Below are positions 46,959 through 55,515 of a stretch of DNA of 64,000 bases, in pieces. The DNA is from an uncultured Leptospirales bacterium (GTDB lineage: Bacteria; Spirochaetota; UBA4802; JAFGDQ01). Both the position numbers and the translations under genes were made by a program. Position 1 is the first letter of the stretch. Each line of letters opens with the position of its first letter. The notes beneath the pieces are model-generated. The model did no database searches and was not told the DNA's origin. It saw only the letters and a program-made list of their open reading frames with translations. Location of the stretch: positions 4,972 to 68,971 of the forward strand of contig CAZVDF010000012.1 of NCBI GenBank assembly GCA_964626055.1. The letters are read 5' to 3'.

Positions 46959-47594
46959 TTATCTATCCTTCCTGTTCTCGTAGGATTTTTTAAACATTTC
47001 AAGTTCAGAATTGATCGCGTCCATCAGGGCAAGTGACGTCTGAGTGGCTCCCGTAATTGCATCGACCCTGTTCTTCGCGTTTACGTCCGGAGACTGGCCT
47101 ATTATTATCCGTTTTTCTGCCGGTATTGCCCAGTTAAGGTTAAGAGATCTGAACTGATCTGTGAACCATTTCTCTTCTATCCTGGATCCGAGGCCGGGAG
47201 TTTCATGCTGTTCGAGGAATACAATATTTCGTATCTGGCCCAGATCGGAAGACATGACAAGTATACCTGTTATTCTGTCCCACAGTCCGAATCCGCTGAA
47301 CACAAAACCGATATCTCCGTTTCCCCGGTTCAAGTACGTCTCAATTCTTCTTCCTTTGTACTCCAGCTCACGCGGTTTCAGCGCATACGCAACTGTCTTT
47401 TCATATTCTTCCGCGGTTGCCTCGCTGCCGATCTTAAGCAGAAAAGCCTCGGACAGAACTTTATTTTTGTGAAGAGCCTCGTTTTTCATTAAAAGCGGAA
47501 GCGTGGCATAATTGACCAAGGAAATCCCAAAGCCGAACACCATGCACAGGGAGAGTATAAATATCAGCGTATATGCCGGGGACTGCTTATTCAT
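46959..47594 (-). CDS. nqrC: NqrC/RnfG-family FMN-binding subunit
   Basis: N-terminal TM, FMN_bind domain with the covalent-FMN threonine motif …DAITGATQTS…. Confidence 0.8.
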   Translation of the reverse strand: MNKQSPAYTLIFILSLCMVFGFGISLVNYATLPLLMKNEALHKNKVLSEAFLLKIGSEATAEEYEKTVAYALKPRELEYKGRRIETYLNRGNGDIGFVFSGFGLWDRITGILVMSSDLGQIRNIVFLEQHETPGLGSRIEEKWFTDQFRSLNLNWAIPAEKRIIIGQSPDVNAKNRVDAITGATQTSLALMDAINSELEMFKKSYENRKDR

Positions 47595-48673
47595 TGATTT
47601 TCCGCCATTTTCCGTGTTTTATATCTTCTTATCCAGAGATCGAGAGACGGCGAGAATATATTGCCGAACAGTATTGCGAACCCGACCGCTCCTGCGAATA
47701 CTGATTTATATCTGAAAAAAACAATTAATGCGCCTATTAAAGAACCGTATACCCATTGCGATAATTTTTCTTTCGGCGCGCTCACCGGATCCGTTGCCAT
47801 GAATACCGCTGCGTACAATAATGCGCCCGAGAAAAGCGTAAACGGAAGGGGAGGCACCTGCGATATGCCTGCGATATTGCGCAGGATCAGATTCAGGACA
47901 ACTGCTCCTGCAATTGTTGACAGCATAAGCCGCCACTGGGCCGTCTTTGTAACCAGAAGGAAGACGCCCGCAAGTATTATGATAAAAGCGCTGACTTCGC
48001 CGATAGAACCCGCGGTAAGTATCTTCGCATATCCCTGGAATGAGAACTGACCGCCGATATTTCCAAAGAAAAGACTGCTTATATCGGCTTCAAATCCGAA
48101 GTCCCTTCTGGAAAAGATAGGAGTAGCGGCCGATATGGCGTCCGCAACCTTTACCGACGACGCAGCGGCAAGGTCTGCAGCCTGCCCGGATGAAGAGTAA
48201 GCCCACTCGGCGAGTCCTCCGGGAAATCCGCTGAATGCGGGTACAAAACTGGAAGTCATTTCAACCGGAAAAGCCACATATATAAAAGTCCTTCCTACGA
48301 TAGCCGGATTAAAAACATTTCTCCCGAATCCGCCGAACACTTCCTTCCCGAATAGTATTGCCGTAACCGCGCCTGTAAACACTATCCAGAGCGGGATAGT
48401 CGGGGGCAGCGAAAGTGCAAAAATCACTGCAGTAACAAAACACGCATAGCTGATCTTCGATTTTCTTGCAGCAGTCATTATCCATTCGGTGATAAATGCA
48501 GCCAGGATGGAGACAGCAAGGATCGCGGACACCCTCCAGCCGAAAAAATAAACCCCGGCAACCGCAACCGGCGCGAGCGCGAATATAACGCGCAGCATTA
48601 TTTTTTGTTTGAGAAATTCCGGTCTTTTCATATTTGTTTTTTTTGCGATATGTTTACAAAGAGTGCGCCCCAA
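47591..48673 (-). CDS. nqrB: NqrB/RnfD-family membrane subunit
   Basis: NqrB/RnfD helices, conserved FMN-attachment SAAT threonine motif. Start uncertain: TTG at 48673 or ATG at 48631. Confidence 0.8.
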   Translation of the reverse strand: MGRTLCKHIAKKTNMKRPEFLKQKIMLRVIFALAPVAVAGVYFFGWRVSAILAVSILAAFITEWIMTAARKSKISYACFVTAVIFALSLPPTIPLWIVFTGAVTAILFGKEVFGGFGRNVFNPAIVGRTFIYVAFPVEMTSSFVPAFSGFPGGLAEWAYSSSGQAADLAAASSVKVADAISAATPIFSRRDFGFEADISSLFFGNIGGQFSFQGYAKILTAGSIGEVSAFIIILAGVFLLVTKTAQWRLMLSTIAGAVVLNLILRNIAGISQVPPLPFTLFSGALLYAAVFMATDPVSAPKEKLSQWVYGSLIGALIVFFRYKSVFAGAVGFAILFGNIFSPSLDLWIRRYKTRKMAENQ

Positions 48674-48738
48674 AAACTATATTAATCAAAAGGCAATCAA
48701 AGGCAATATCAATTCATGATAGGTAATCGGACGCACTC

Positions 48739-49308
48739 TCAGTCGCTCCTGCTTTTTTTTTCCTCTTCTTTTTTTACTTTTTCCATGACTTCTTTCATAA
48801 TATCTTCATCGGACTGCATTTTCCTGAGAATAACCCTGTATTTTATATCGAAGCTGGCGGGTTCATTAATATTCTCCGCAAATTTGAAATTCCATCTTTT
48901 CAGATCATCGACAATCAAGCTGTTGACTTCAGAAATAGGCGCGAGGATCTTCGGCCTGATTTTCATGATCCTGCCGGTGTTATAAAGCGATACTGTTAAA
49001 ACTCCGTCGCAGGTTTCGTTTATTTTGTCATACTCTTTGAGTTTTTCCAGGACAGTTTTATCGCCTTCTTTATCCTCAATTTTTGAAAGCTTTTCCTGAA
49101 ATTTCATTTGAGAACTCTCGTACCGGTCCGACAGGATCAGTACCCTGAAGACTTCGGACGAGTCGGGATCAGGCTTAAAAAAATTCTCATACTTGCCTGC
49201 CGCACGGTCTTTAAACGACGTACTGCAGGACGGCAGAAAAGACATTGATAATACCGAATTTATTATAAGAAATACTTTAAAAAAGCTTGTATTAATTACA
49301 TGGTTCAT
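48739..49308 (-). CDS. Hypothetical secreted/lipoprotein-like protein upstream of nqrB (not NqrA)
   Basis: Signal peptide with a possible lipobox (…SFLPSC…). K/E-rich, ~190 aa. Start refined to the internal Met before the hydrophobic stretch. Confidence 0.35.
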   Translation of the reverse strand: MNHVINTSFFKVFLIINSVLSMSFLPSCSTSFKDRAAGKYENFFKPDPDSSEVFRVLILSDRYESSQMKFQEKLSKIEDKEGDKTVLEKLKEYDKINETCDGVLTVSLYNTGRIMKIRPKILAPISEVNSLIVDDLKRWNFKFAENINEPASFDIKYRVILRKMQSDEDIMKEVMEKVKKEEEKKSRSD

Positions 49309-49434
49309 GATCTTGTCATCCCTGAAGCAGCGTAATTTTATTCCTGTGAAAAGGCCCAATTATTTTTAGAATGATATAATTATTAAATATAATTTCAACA
49401 ATTTTTTATTTTAATCCGATAAGGAAGATCCCGG

Positions 49435-50064
49435 ATGGAAAATTTTTTAAACGACTTAATTAATTTTTTACTGCCGCTAAACAACGCTTTTCTGTATATT
49501 TTTTTATTTTTAAGCTCGGTGATAGAAAATCTTTTTCCGCCCATCCCGGGAGACACGATCACCGTTTTCGGAGCTTTTCTCGTAGGGATAGGGAGGCTGA
49601 ACTTTTTCGGAGTTTACATATCAACAACGATCGGAAGCGTCGCAGGATTCATGATCTTATTCCTCTTCGGAAAATATCTCGGCAAAAAATTCTTCCATGA
49701 AAAAAACTATAAACATTTCTCGATTGAAAAATTAGAGAAAACCGAAAGATGGTTTCAAAAATACGGAAGCTGGGTTATAATCGCCAACAGATTTTTACCT
49801 ACCGTCAGATCAGTCATTTCACTTGCAGCCGGTATTTCGGAGCTCAATACTACGAAAGTATTGAGCTACTCCCTCATCAGCGCTTCGGCATGGAACCTGA
49901 TATGGCTTTATACCGGATACCTTCTCGGCCACAGATGGCAGACAGTGAAAGATAAATTTTCGGATATCATTATGAAATACGATATTGTCGCCGGCATAAT
50001 TATTCTTTTAGCGATAATAATTATTCTGATATATAAAAAATTTATAAAGAAAAAGATTGACTGA
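49435..50064 (+). CDS. DedA/SNARE-associated (TVP38) family membrane protein
   Basis: 209 aa. DedA signatures (…GDTITVFGAFLVG…, …RFLPTVRSVISLAAGIS…). Confidence 0.8.
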   Translation: MENFLNDLINFLLPLNNAFLYIFLFLSSVIENLFPPIPGDTITVFGAFLVGIGRLNFFGVYISTTIGSVAGFMILFLFGKYLGKKFFHEKNYKHFSIEKLEKTERWFQKYGSWVIIANRFLPTVRSVISLAAGISELNTTKVLSYSLISASAWNLIWLYTGYLLGHRWQTVKDKFSDIIMKYDIVAGIIILLAIIIILIYKKFIKKKID

Positions 50065-50127
50065 ACTCATTATTTATTGTAATATAATAATATAACGATA
50101 TATATTTCATGGAGAGAGATTTCCCTT

Positions 50128-50403
50128 TTGAACAGGTCATTAAATTTTAAACACGACAGCGAAGTACTGAAAGCTCTCGGCCACCCGGTGAGGCTGAAAA
50201 TGGTCTGCGGACTGATCGACAGCTATGAATGTAATGTGAATAAAATGGTTGAAGAACTAAAACTTCCTCAATCGACCGTTTCACAGCATCTCGCTATTTT
50301 AAAGAATAAAGGCATAATTGCTTTCCGCAAGGAAGGCGTTAAAGCGTGTTACAAGGTCGTGGATAAAAAAGTTCTGGAGATAATCGAGCTTTTAAAGAAA
50401 TAA
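50128..50403 (+). CDS. ArsR/SmtB-family metalloregulator (winged HTH)
   Basis: 91 aa, …ECNVNKMVEELKLPQSTVSQHLAILKNKGII… HTH typical of ArsR. Confidence 0.8.
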   Translation: MNRSLNFKHDSEVLKALGHPVRLKMVCGLIDSYECNVNKMVEELKLPQSTVSQHLAILKNKGIIAFRKEGVKACYKVVDKKVLEIIELLKK

Positions 50404-50462
50404 TTTTTTTTGCGTTAATATATCGTATTATTATGATAATATAATATAAAACAACCGATGTA

Positions 50463-50493
50463 CTGAATGCCTTTCCACCGATGCGGCATTCAG
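50463..50493. promoter_or_regulatory. Perfect 9-bp inverted repeat CTGAATGCC-N13-GGCATTCAG between arsR and the HesB-like gene; candidate operator or RNA hairpin
   Basis: Seen directly; no T-run, so not a classical terminator. Confidence 0.3.
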
Positions 50494-50529
50494 CGTGGAA
50501 TAGACATTCGATAAAAAAAGGAGGCAGAT

Positions 50530-50832
50530 ATGCAGATCAGCATTACAGATGAAGCGAAGAACCAGATTAAAGGAATACTGGAGAATTCGAATTTTAAAGA
50601 GCCGGCACTGAGGGTAACGATCGCGGGAATGGGCTGAGGAGGCCCCAGGCTGGGGCTGGCTCTGGATGAGTCAAAAGACACAAAAGACAATTTAATCGAT
50701 GTCGACAGAATTAAAATACTTATTGGAGAAAACGTAATATCCCTAATGGGAGAAAGCACTCCTTTAAGCATAGAATATCACGATAATTCCTACGGGAAGG
50801 GTTTTATCGTCAACACCGGATTCGGATGTTAA
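50530..50832 (+). CDS. HesB/IscA-like (Fe-S biogenesis family) protein with in-frame UGA at codon 36: candidate selenoprotein (100 aa if UGA = Sec)
   Basis: Strong RBS AAAGGAGG 7 nt before the ATG. Translation MQISITDEAKNQIKGILENSNFKEPALRVTIAGMG[U]GGPRLGLALDESKDTKDNLIDVDRIKILIGENVISLMGESTPLSIEYHDNSYGKGFIVNTGFGC* keeps the Fe-S_biosyn family pattern through and beyond the UGA, with U at the position of the first conserved Cys. A GC hairpin starts 4 nt after the UGA. The ORF track missed it because of the UGA. Confidence 0.55.
50635..50657 (+). promoter_or_regulatory. UGA codon plus bacterial-SECIS-like hairpin (GGCCCC-AGGCU-GGGGCU) immediately downstream
   Basis: UGA at 50635-50637. Stem GCCCC/GGGGC (+G.U) with a 5-nt apical loop at 50641-50657. 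Confidence 0.45.
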
Positions 50833-50849
50833 TATAAAGAGGTAAAATA

Positions 50850-50939
50850 ATGCGTTCATGGATTCTATTTATAGTTATCATTATCGGATGGATCATATTG
50901 AATAAATGGATTTTACCTAAACTCGGAATTTCCACCTGA
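50850..50939 (+). CDS. Tiny hydrophobic peptide (29 aa, single TM: MRSWILFIVIIIGWIILNKWILPKLGIST)
   Basis: RBS AGAGG 7 nt upstream; directly follows the HesB-like gene; below the ORF-track size cut-off. Confidence 0.25.
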   Translation: MRSWILFIVIIIGWIILNKWILPKLGIST

Positions 50940-50992
50940 ATGAGCCAGAGCTGCTCTCTGGATGAGAGGGAAAATAAAATCAAAAAAGATAT

Positions 50993-51030
50993 AAAAAACG
51001 ATGCTTTGTAAAAAGCATCCTTTTTATTTA
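50993..51030. terminator. Bidirectional rho-independent terminator between the convergent selenoprotein operon and the 1436-aa gene
   Basis: Stem GATGCTTT/AAAGCATC with loop GTAA, followed by CTTTTTATTT on the plus strand and a T-run on the minus strand. Confidence 0.5.
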
Positions 51031-51074
51031 TCTTATATTCTATTCTAGCAGATATTCATCGATGATCTGAGCGA

Positions 51075-54000
51075 TTACCGCATAATTTTTCTGTCGACCC
51101 CGACAGTCTCCCTGCCGTGTCCTTCTATCATTGCGTCTACTTTCAGGTCTTTTCCGAACCTGAGCACGTTCAGCATGAATATTTCGAGTTTGTTTACAAC
51201 ACCCGGAGGGAAAAGGTTGCCGTCTATCTCGATTGACATTACCGGGTAATTGCGCTCCCTTGCCCACGGCGTGTACAGGCCTTCTATGACCCTGCCTATC
51301 AGGCAGGCGAACGGAGATATATTGACAATACCCGAGTAACTGTCTTCCATGGCAGTAGCGGCTACTCCGCTTGAAATATTGATCTCCGAATAGAGCTCGT
51401 GGCTCGCAAAATGTTTCTCGCTGTTATCCATTATATGATGCATGTGATGCGGCGATTCAGGTATCATTTTCGAAGCGCTCAATGCTTTCTTTACTTTTTT
51501 CTCAACGCTGTGTTTGTACATCTGCTCGATATTCCAGTAAATCAGATCCTTGAATTCCTTCGAGAAAAGTTTTTTATACCACGGTATCAGCTTCAGTCTC
51601 TTTTTAAGATCGTACTCGCGAACGAAATCGCAGTAGTAAAACCATTCCGTGACGCCGGATACCTTGCCTATAATGCCGCGCCTGCTGAAGTGCTGAATGA
51701 GTTCGTCAACCGCGAAATCATCCCTGCGGACATATATTTCGCCCACTATCAGAACCTTCGGTGATTCCGCAAGGGTCTTCTTCAGAGGGATCTTGGCAAT
51801 TTCTGATGCAATTTCCCTGAGAGTGGGCAGCATCTTTGTGACATCCTTCTCTGCTACCGCGAGCATCCTGTGCCAGAGCGCATCGTACCTGTCCATAGCG
51901 GATACAGGATCGGCGGCGCATGTGCGAAGCGATGTCTCTATATCCTTCATAAAGTCCGCAATAATTGCTCCCCACCACAGACACTTTGTGAAAGTCGGAC
52001 CGAGTTCCGTATACGAGTTGTCGGAATCCATTGTGAAAACAACGACATTATCCAGGCGAAGATCTTTAAACAGGTTCTCATAGAACACAAAATACTGACC
52101 GGTTCTGCACGGCCCGGTTGTTGTGGGCACGAACAGAAGATATATCTCATCTTTCCTGTATTTCGGCGAAGAGAAATACTTAAGAGCCTCGCCGAGAACG
52201 AGATGCGAAGGAAGGCACTCTTTGCCTGATGCATGATTGCGCGCAAGCTGAAGCGTATGCACATCCGGGACGGGCATTGCCTCCGCGTTCACGTTAATAG
52301 AGTTGAGCGCGGCAGCTACTAGCTCTACCGACAGCCTTCCCATGTTCGCGAGCAGTAATTTAACCTGGGGATTATTGAATATCTCTATCCTCTCGTTGGT
52401 AATGACATTTTTTATATGAATTTTCTCTTTGCCGTTATTGATAAATCTGAGACCGTTATCGTATCTCTCGGCACTCTTCTCAAGAAACTTGCTCCTGTAG
52501 CCTTCAATAATGTCAAGGAAAGCCTCAACGCGCGTATCTATGCCTGCGTCGGCTGAATGAGAGTCGAGTTCCAGGATAAGGAAAGGTTTTGTTCCCATTA
52601 TCCATTTAAGGTAATGCAGCATGAATGAGTCCGGCGCGCATGAGAAATTGCTTATGTAGGTTACGTACACATTATCCTCATTCTTGAGCAGCATGGAGGA
52701 TTTCATATCCATCTGTCCGTAATACCAGTACATGTTCGGATAGATATCCATACCGGCAAAAGGCAGAATGTCGAACGGAATTACAGAATATCCTCTGGTT
52801 GTGAACTTCCTCGGGATGCTCATGTTTGCGTCCGACGTAAAAGCATTGTACGGCCTGCCGAGAACCGCTATCACGGGTCTTTTCGCTTCACGGGCTTCCG
52901 CGAGCGCTTTTTCTCCAAGCTCCGCCGCTTTTTTGAAATATTCATTCTGCTTTTCAAGCGCTACCTCGAAGGCCAGTCTTGCTTCCCTGGCGGAAAATCC
53001 GAGCTGTTCCCCGAGTTCAATAAAAGATTCCAGGGCTTTTTCGTTTCCGTATTTAAAGGTTACAACCGGTCTGAGGATTTTTTCATCCGGAATTTCAGGA
53101 AATGCTTTCTGAATATAATACGGAAGGCTCTGGGTTATGGGGCAGAAGCAGGCATGCGTATCTTCTTCAAAGCTTTCCATATCCCTGTAATGCGGGAGGA
53201 AGATATAATCCACGCCGTGATCGAAAATATCCTGCACCGCTCCGTGGGCTATTTCCGCAGGGAAACAGTACGCGCTCTCCACCCGGGCGGTGCCTTCATG
53301 TGAAATATTTTTCGACAGGATAGTCTCAATGCCGAGCGAATGGAAAAACCATGAATAGAACGGCCACATGGTATAGACGGAAAAGCAGTTCGGGATGCCT
53401 ACGACAAAATCTTTCTTTCTGTTAAGCATGGCCGGATCCGGCGTAAAATCTTTGAACATAAGTTCATTTCTTTTTTCAACATAATCGAAGATCTCGGCTT
53501 CGTTAAAGACTTTCTTCTTTCTTATATTCGCATATTTATTGCATCTGCCGCCGAACATGTATTTGTTATCGTTAACTTTTAATATGCGTATCGGGCAGAA
53601 ATTCTCGCAAGCTTTACAGTTGAATTCGCTTTCATAAACAACATTGGTGTTTATAATTTTATCAATATCGTATTCCGATTTCGCTATTATACCGTCCGCA
53701 AATTTCTGCCTTACCAGCAATCCGACTCCGAAGCATCCCATAAGCTCCGGGTCCGGCGGTACAAGTATATTCTTGTTAAGAAGCATTGCAAAAGCAAGCG
53801 GCACCGCTTTGTTCTTCGCAACCCCGCCCTGGAGTACAATATGATTGCCTATAGTTCTGTTGCCGACTACCCTGTTCAGATAGTTCGAAACGATCGATGT
53901 TACAATACCCGCGGTGATGTCCTCGCGCGATGCGCCCTGGTGAATAGCGTTCCGGATGTCGGAATTAATGAAGGCCGAACAGTGCTCGCCGAATTTGAGC

Positions 54001-55385
54001 GGGTCTTTGGCCTGTATGGCTATATCGCCTATCTCGTGAGCGTGCATAATGTTAAGGTCGCCCTGCGCGGACTCTTCGAGGAATGAACCCGTGCCTGCGG
54101 AGCATGCCTGGTTCATCGCGTAATCGATAGGCACGATGTTCTGGAGATATATGTACTTGGCATCCTGCCCACCTATCTCGAATATTGTATCGATATCCTT
54201 TTTGTAATATGTGGTGCCAACTGCATGGGCAATGATCTCGTTATACACGGCCGGGGTTTCCAGAAAAACACCGAGAATTTCCCGCGATGAACCCGTTGTA
54301 GAACACAGTGTGATCTTTATCTTTTGATCGCCTATGTCGGCCTTTATCTGTTTTTTCATTTCAACAAGGCAGTTCTTCAAGGCAAGTACCGGATCTCCGT
54401 GCGTGCGTCCGTAAAAGGACGCAGCTACTTCGTTGGTCTCTATGTCGATAAGGCACGCTTTTGTGGTTGTCGAGCCGCCGTCTACGCCGAGGATATATTC
54501 TTTTCCGGCTTTAACCTTCGCCTTCTTGGAATCTATATATGTAACCTTTCCCTCTGCCGTCTTAAGGCTGTTAAATCTCTTAAAGTGTATCTCGGCAGGC
54601 TTGAAAAGGTTTTTGAGCGGCGGCAGAACGGTTCCCATATTCTTTGCCAGCAGCGCTGCCCCGAAAGCCTCAAAATAAGCGGCCTGTTCCGGGACAATAA
54701 AATTTATTTCCGGCAGCCTTTCGCGGATAAAAGGAACAATATATTTATTCAGCGTCACTCCGCCTGTAAGAAGAACGCTTCCTTTTGTTATTTTCGCTCT
54801 TTTCAGGAAATCGATTACCTTGGTTGCCATTACGTCGCTAAGCGAAAGAACGATGTCGCCCTTTGTCGCTTCGCCCTTGTTAAGCCTGTGCGTGCAGTCG
54901 CTTTTCATAAAGACCGAGCATCTCGATGAAAGCCTCAGCACCTTGCAGCCTTCGGGTATATGATCGATGTCATCCAGCTTCATGTCCATGCGTGCAAGCT
55001 GCTGTTTAAAAAACTCGCCCGTGCCGGACGCGCATTTGTTGCCCGAAAAATTCGTTACTATCTTTTTGTTCTCATCGATGGTGTAAACCACAAGGTCTTC
55101 GCCTCCGAGAGAAACTACCGCGTCGACATCGTACCTTATGTGCTTAAGCGCTTCCTCGATGCAGAGCGGCTCAATTACGCTGTTTACGTTCAGGAGATGT
55201 CTTCCTTCCGTGCCGGTAGCCAGCGTTTTCAGATCGGCCGGGACTTCCTTTTTTGAAAGGATGCCGTTAAGCGTATGTATAAAATTTCCGTCGTGGGTAA
55301 CGACCTCGCTCCAGAGTATTGACGTACCCTCGAGCATCGTTACCTTAACATTGGATGATCCTATATTAATACCAAGACTGTGCAT
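51075..55385 (-). CDS. Giant fusion protein: two BadF/BadG/BcrA/BcrD (HgdC-type activase) ATPase modules fused to a 2-hydroxyacyl-CoA dehydratase (HgdB/DUF2229-like) region
   Basis: 1436 aa. N-terminal GINIGSSNVK… and a second ILGVDGGSTTTKACLID… ASKHA-fold ATPase module. The C-terminal ~700 aa resembles the dehydratase D-component / CoA-substrate-specific enzyme activase-associated domains. Confidence 0.75.
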   Translation of the reverse strand: MHSLGINIGSSNVKVTMLEGTSILWSEVVTHDGNFIHTLNGILSKKEVPADLKTLATGTEGRHLLNVNSVIEPLCIEEALKHIRYDVDAVVSLGGEDLVVYTIDENKKIVTNFSGNKCASGTGEFFKQQLARMDMKLDDIDHIPEGCKVLRLSSRCSVFMKSDCTHRLNKGEATKGDIVLSLSDVMATKVIDFLKRAKITKGSVLLTGGVTLNKYIVPFIRERLPEINFIVPEQAAYFEAFGAALLAKNMGTVLPPLKNLFKPAEIHFKRFNSLKTAEGKVTYIDSKKAKVKAGKEYILGVDGGSTTTKACLIDIETNEVAASFYGRTHGDPVLALKNCLVEMKKQIKADIGDQKIKITLCSTTGSSREILGVFLETPAVYNEIIAHAVGTTYYKKDIDTIFEIGGQDAKYIYLQNIVPIDYAMNQACSAGTGSFLEESAQGDLNIMHAHEIGDIAIQAKDPLKFGEHCSAFINSDIRNAIHQGASREDITAGIVTSIVSNYLNRVVGNRTIGNHIVLQGGVAKNKAVPLAFAMLLNKNILVPPDPELMGCFGVGLLVRQKFADGIIAKSEYDIDKIINTNVVYESEFNCKACENFCPIRILKVNDNKYMFGGRCNKYANIRKKKVFNEAEIFDYVEKRNELMFKDFTPDPAMLNRKKDFVVGIPNCFSVYTMWPFYSWFFHSLGIETILSKNISHEGTARVESAYCFPAEIAHGAVQDIFDHGVDYIFLPHYRDMESFEEDTHACFCPITQSLPYYIQKAFPEIPDEKILRPVVTFKYGNEKALESFIELGEQLGFSAREARLAFEVALEKQNEYFKKAAELGEKALAEAREAKRPVIAVLGRPYNAFTSDANMSIPRKFTTRGYSVIPFDILPFAGMDIYPNMYWYYGQMDMKSSMLLKNEDNVYVTYISNFSCAPDSFMLHYLKWIMGTKPFLILELDSHSADAGIDTRVEAFLDIIEGYRSKFLEKSAERYDNGLRFINNGKEKIHIKNVITNERIEIFNNPQVKLLLANMGRLSVELVAAALNSINVNAEAMPVPDVHTLQLARNHASGKECLPSHLVLGEALKYFSSPKYRKDEIYLLFVPTTTGPCRTGQYFVFYENLFKDLRLDNVVVFTMDSDNSYTELGPTFTKCLWWGAIIADFMKDIETSLRTCAADPVSAMDRYDALWHRMLAVAEKDVTKMLPTLREIASEIAKIPLKKTLAESPKVLIVGEIYVRRDDFAVDELIQHFSRRGIIGKVSGVTEWFYYCDFVREYDLKKRLKLIPWYKKLFSKEFKDLIYWNIEQMYKHSVEKKVKKALSASKMIPESPHHMHHIMDNSEKHFASHELYSEINISSGVAATAMEDSYSGIVNISPFACLIGRVIEGLYTPWARERNYPVMSIEIDGNLFPPGVVNKLEIFMLNVLRFGKDLKVDAMIEGHGRETVGVDRKIMR

Positions 55386-55515
55386 AAATTAGACTCCGGA
55401 TTAAATTCTTAGATGCAGGATAAGTAGTATCCGTATGCCTATTTTGTCTATAATTTTTTCGTGAATTTTAAAAAGCAGTTTAGCGGCTGAAAATGCCGAT
55501 ATAAACAAAAAAAAT

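Noticed and set aside
48739-49359. 206-aa ORF upstream of nqrB as a diverged NqrA
   Set aside because: Far too short (NqrA ~446 aa). Has a signal-peptide/lipobox-like N-terminus and K/E-rich low-complexity sequence. No NqrA motifs.
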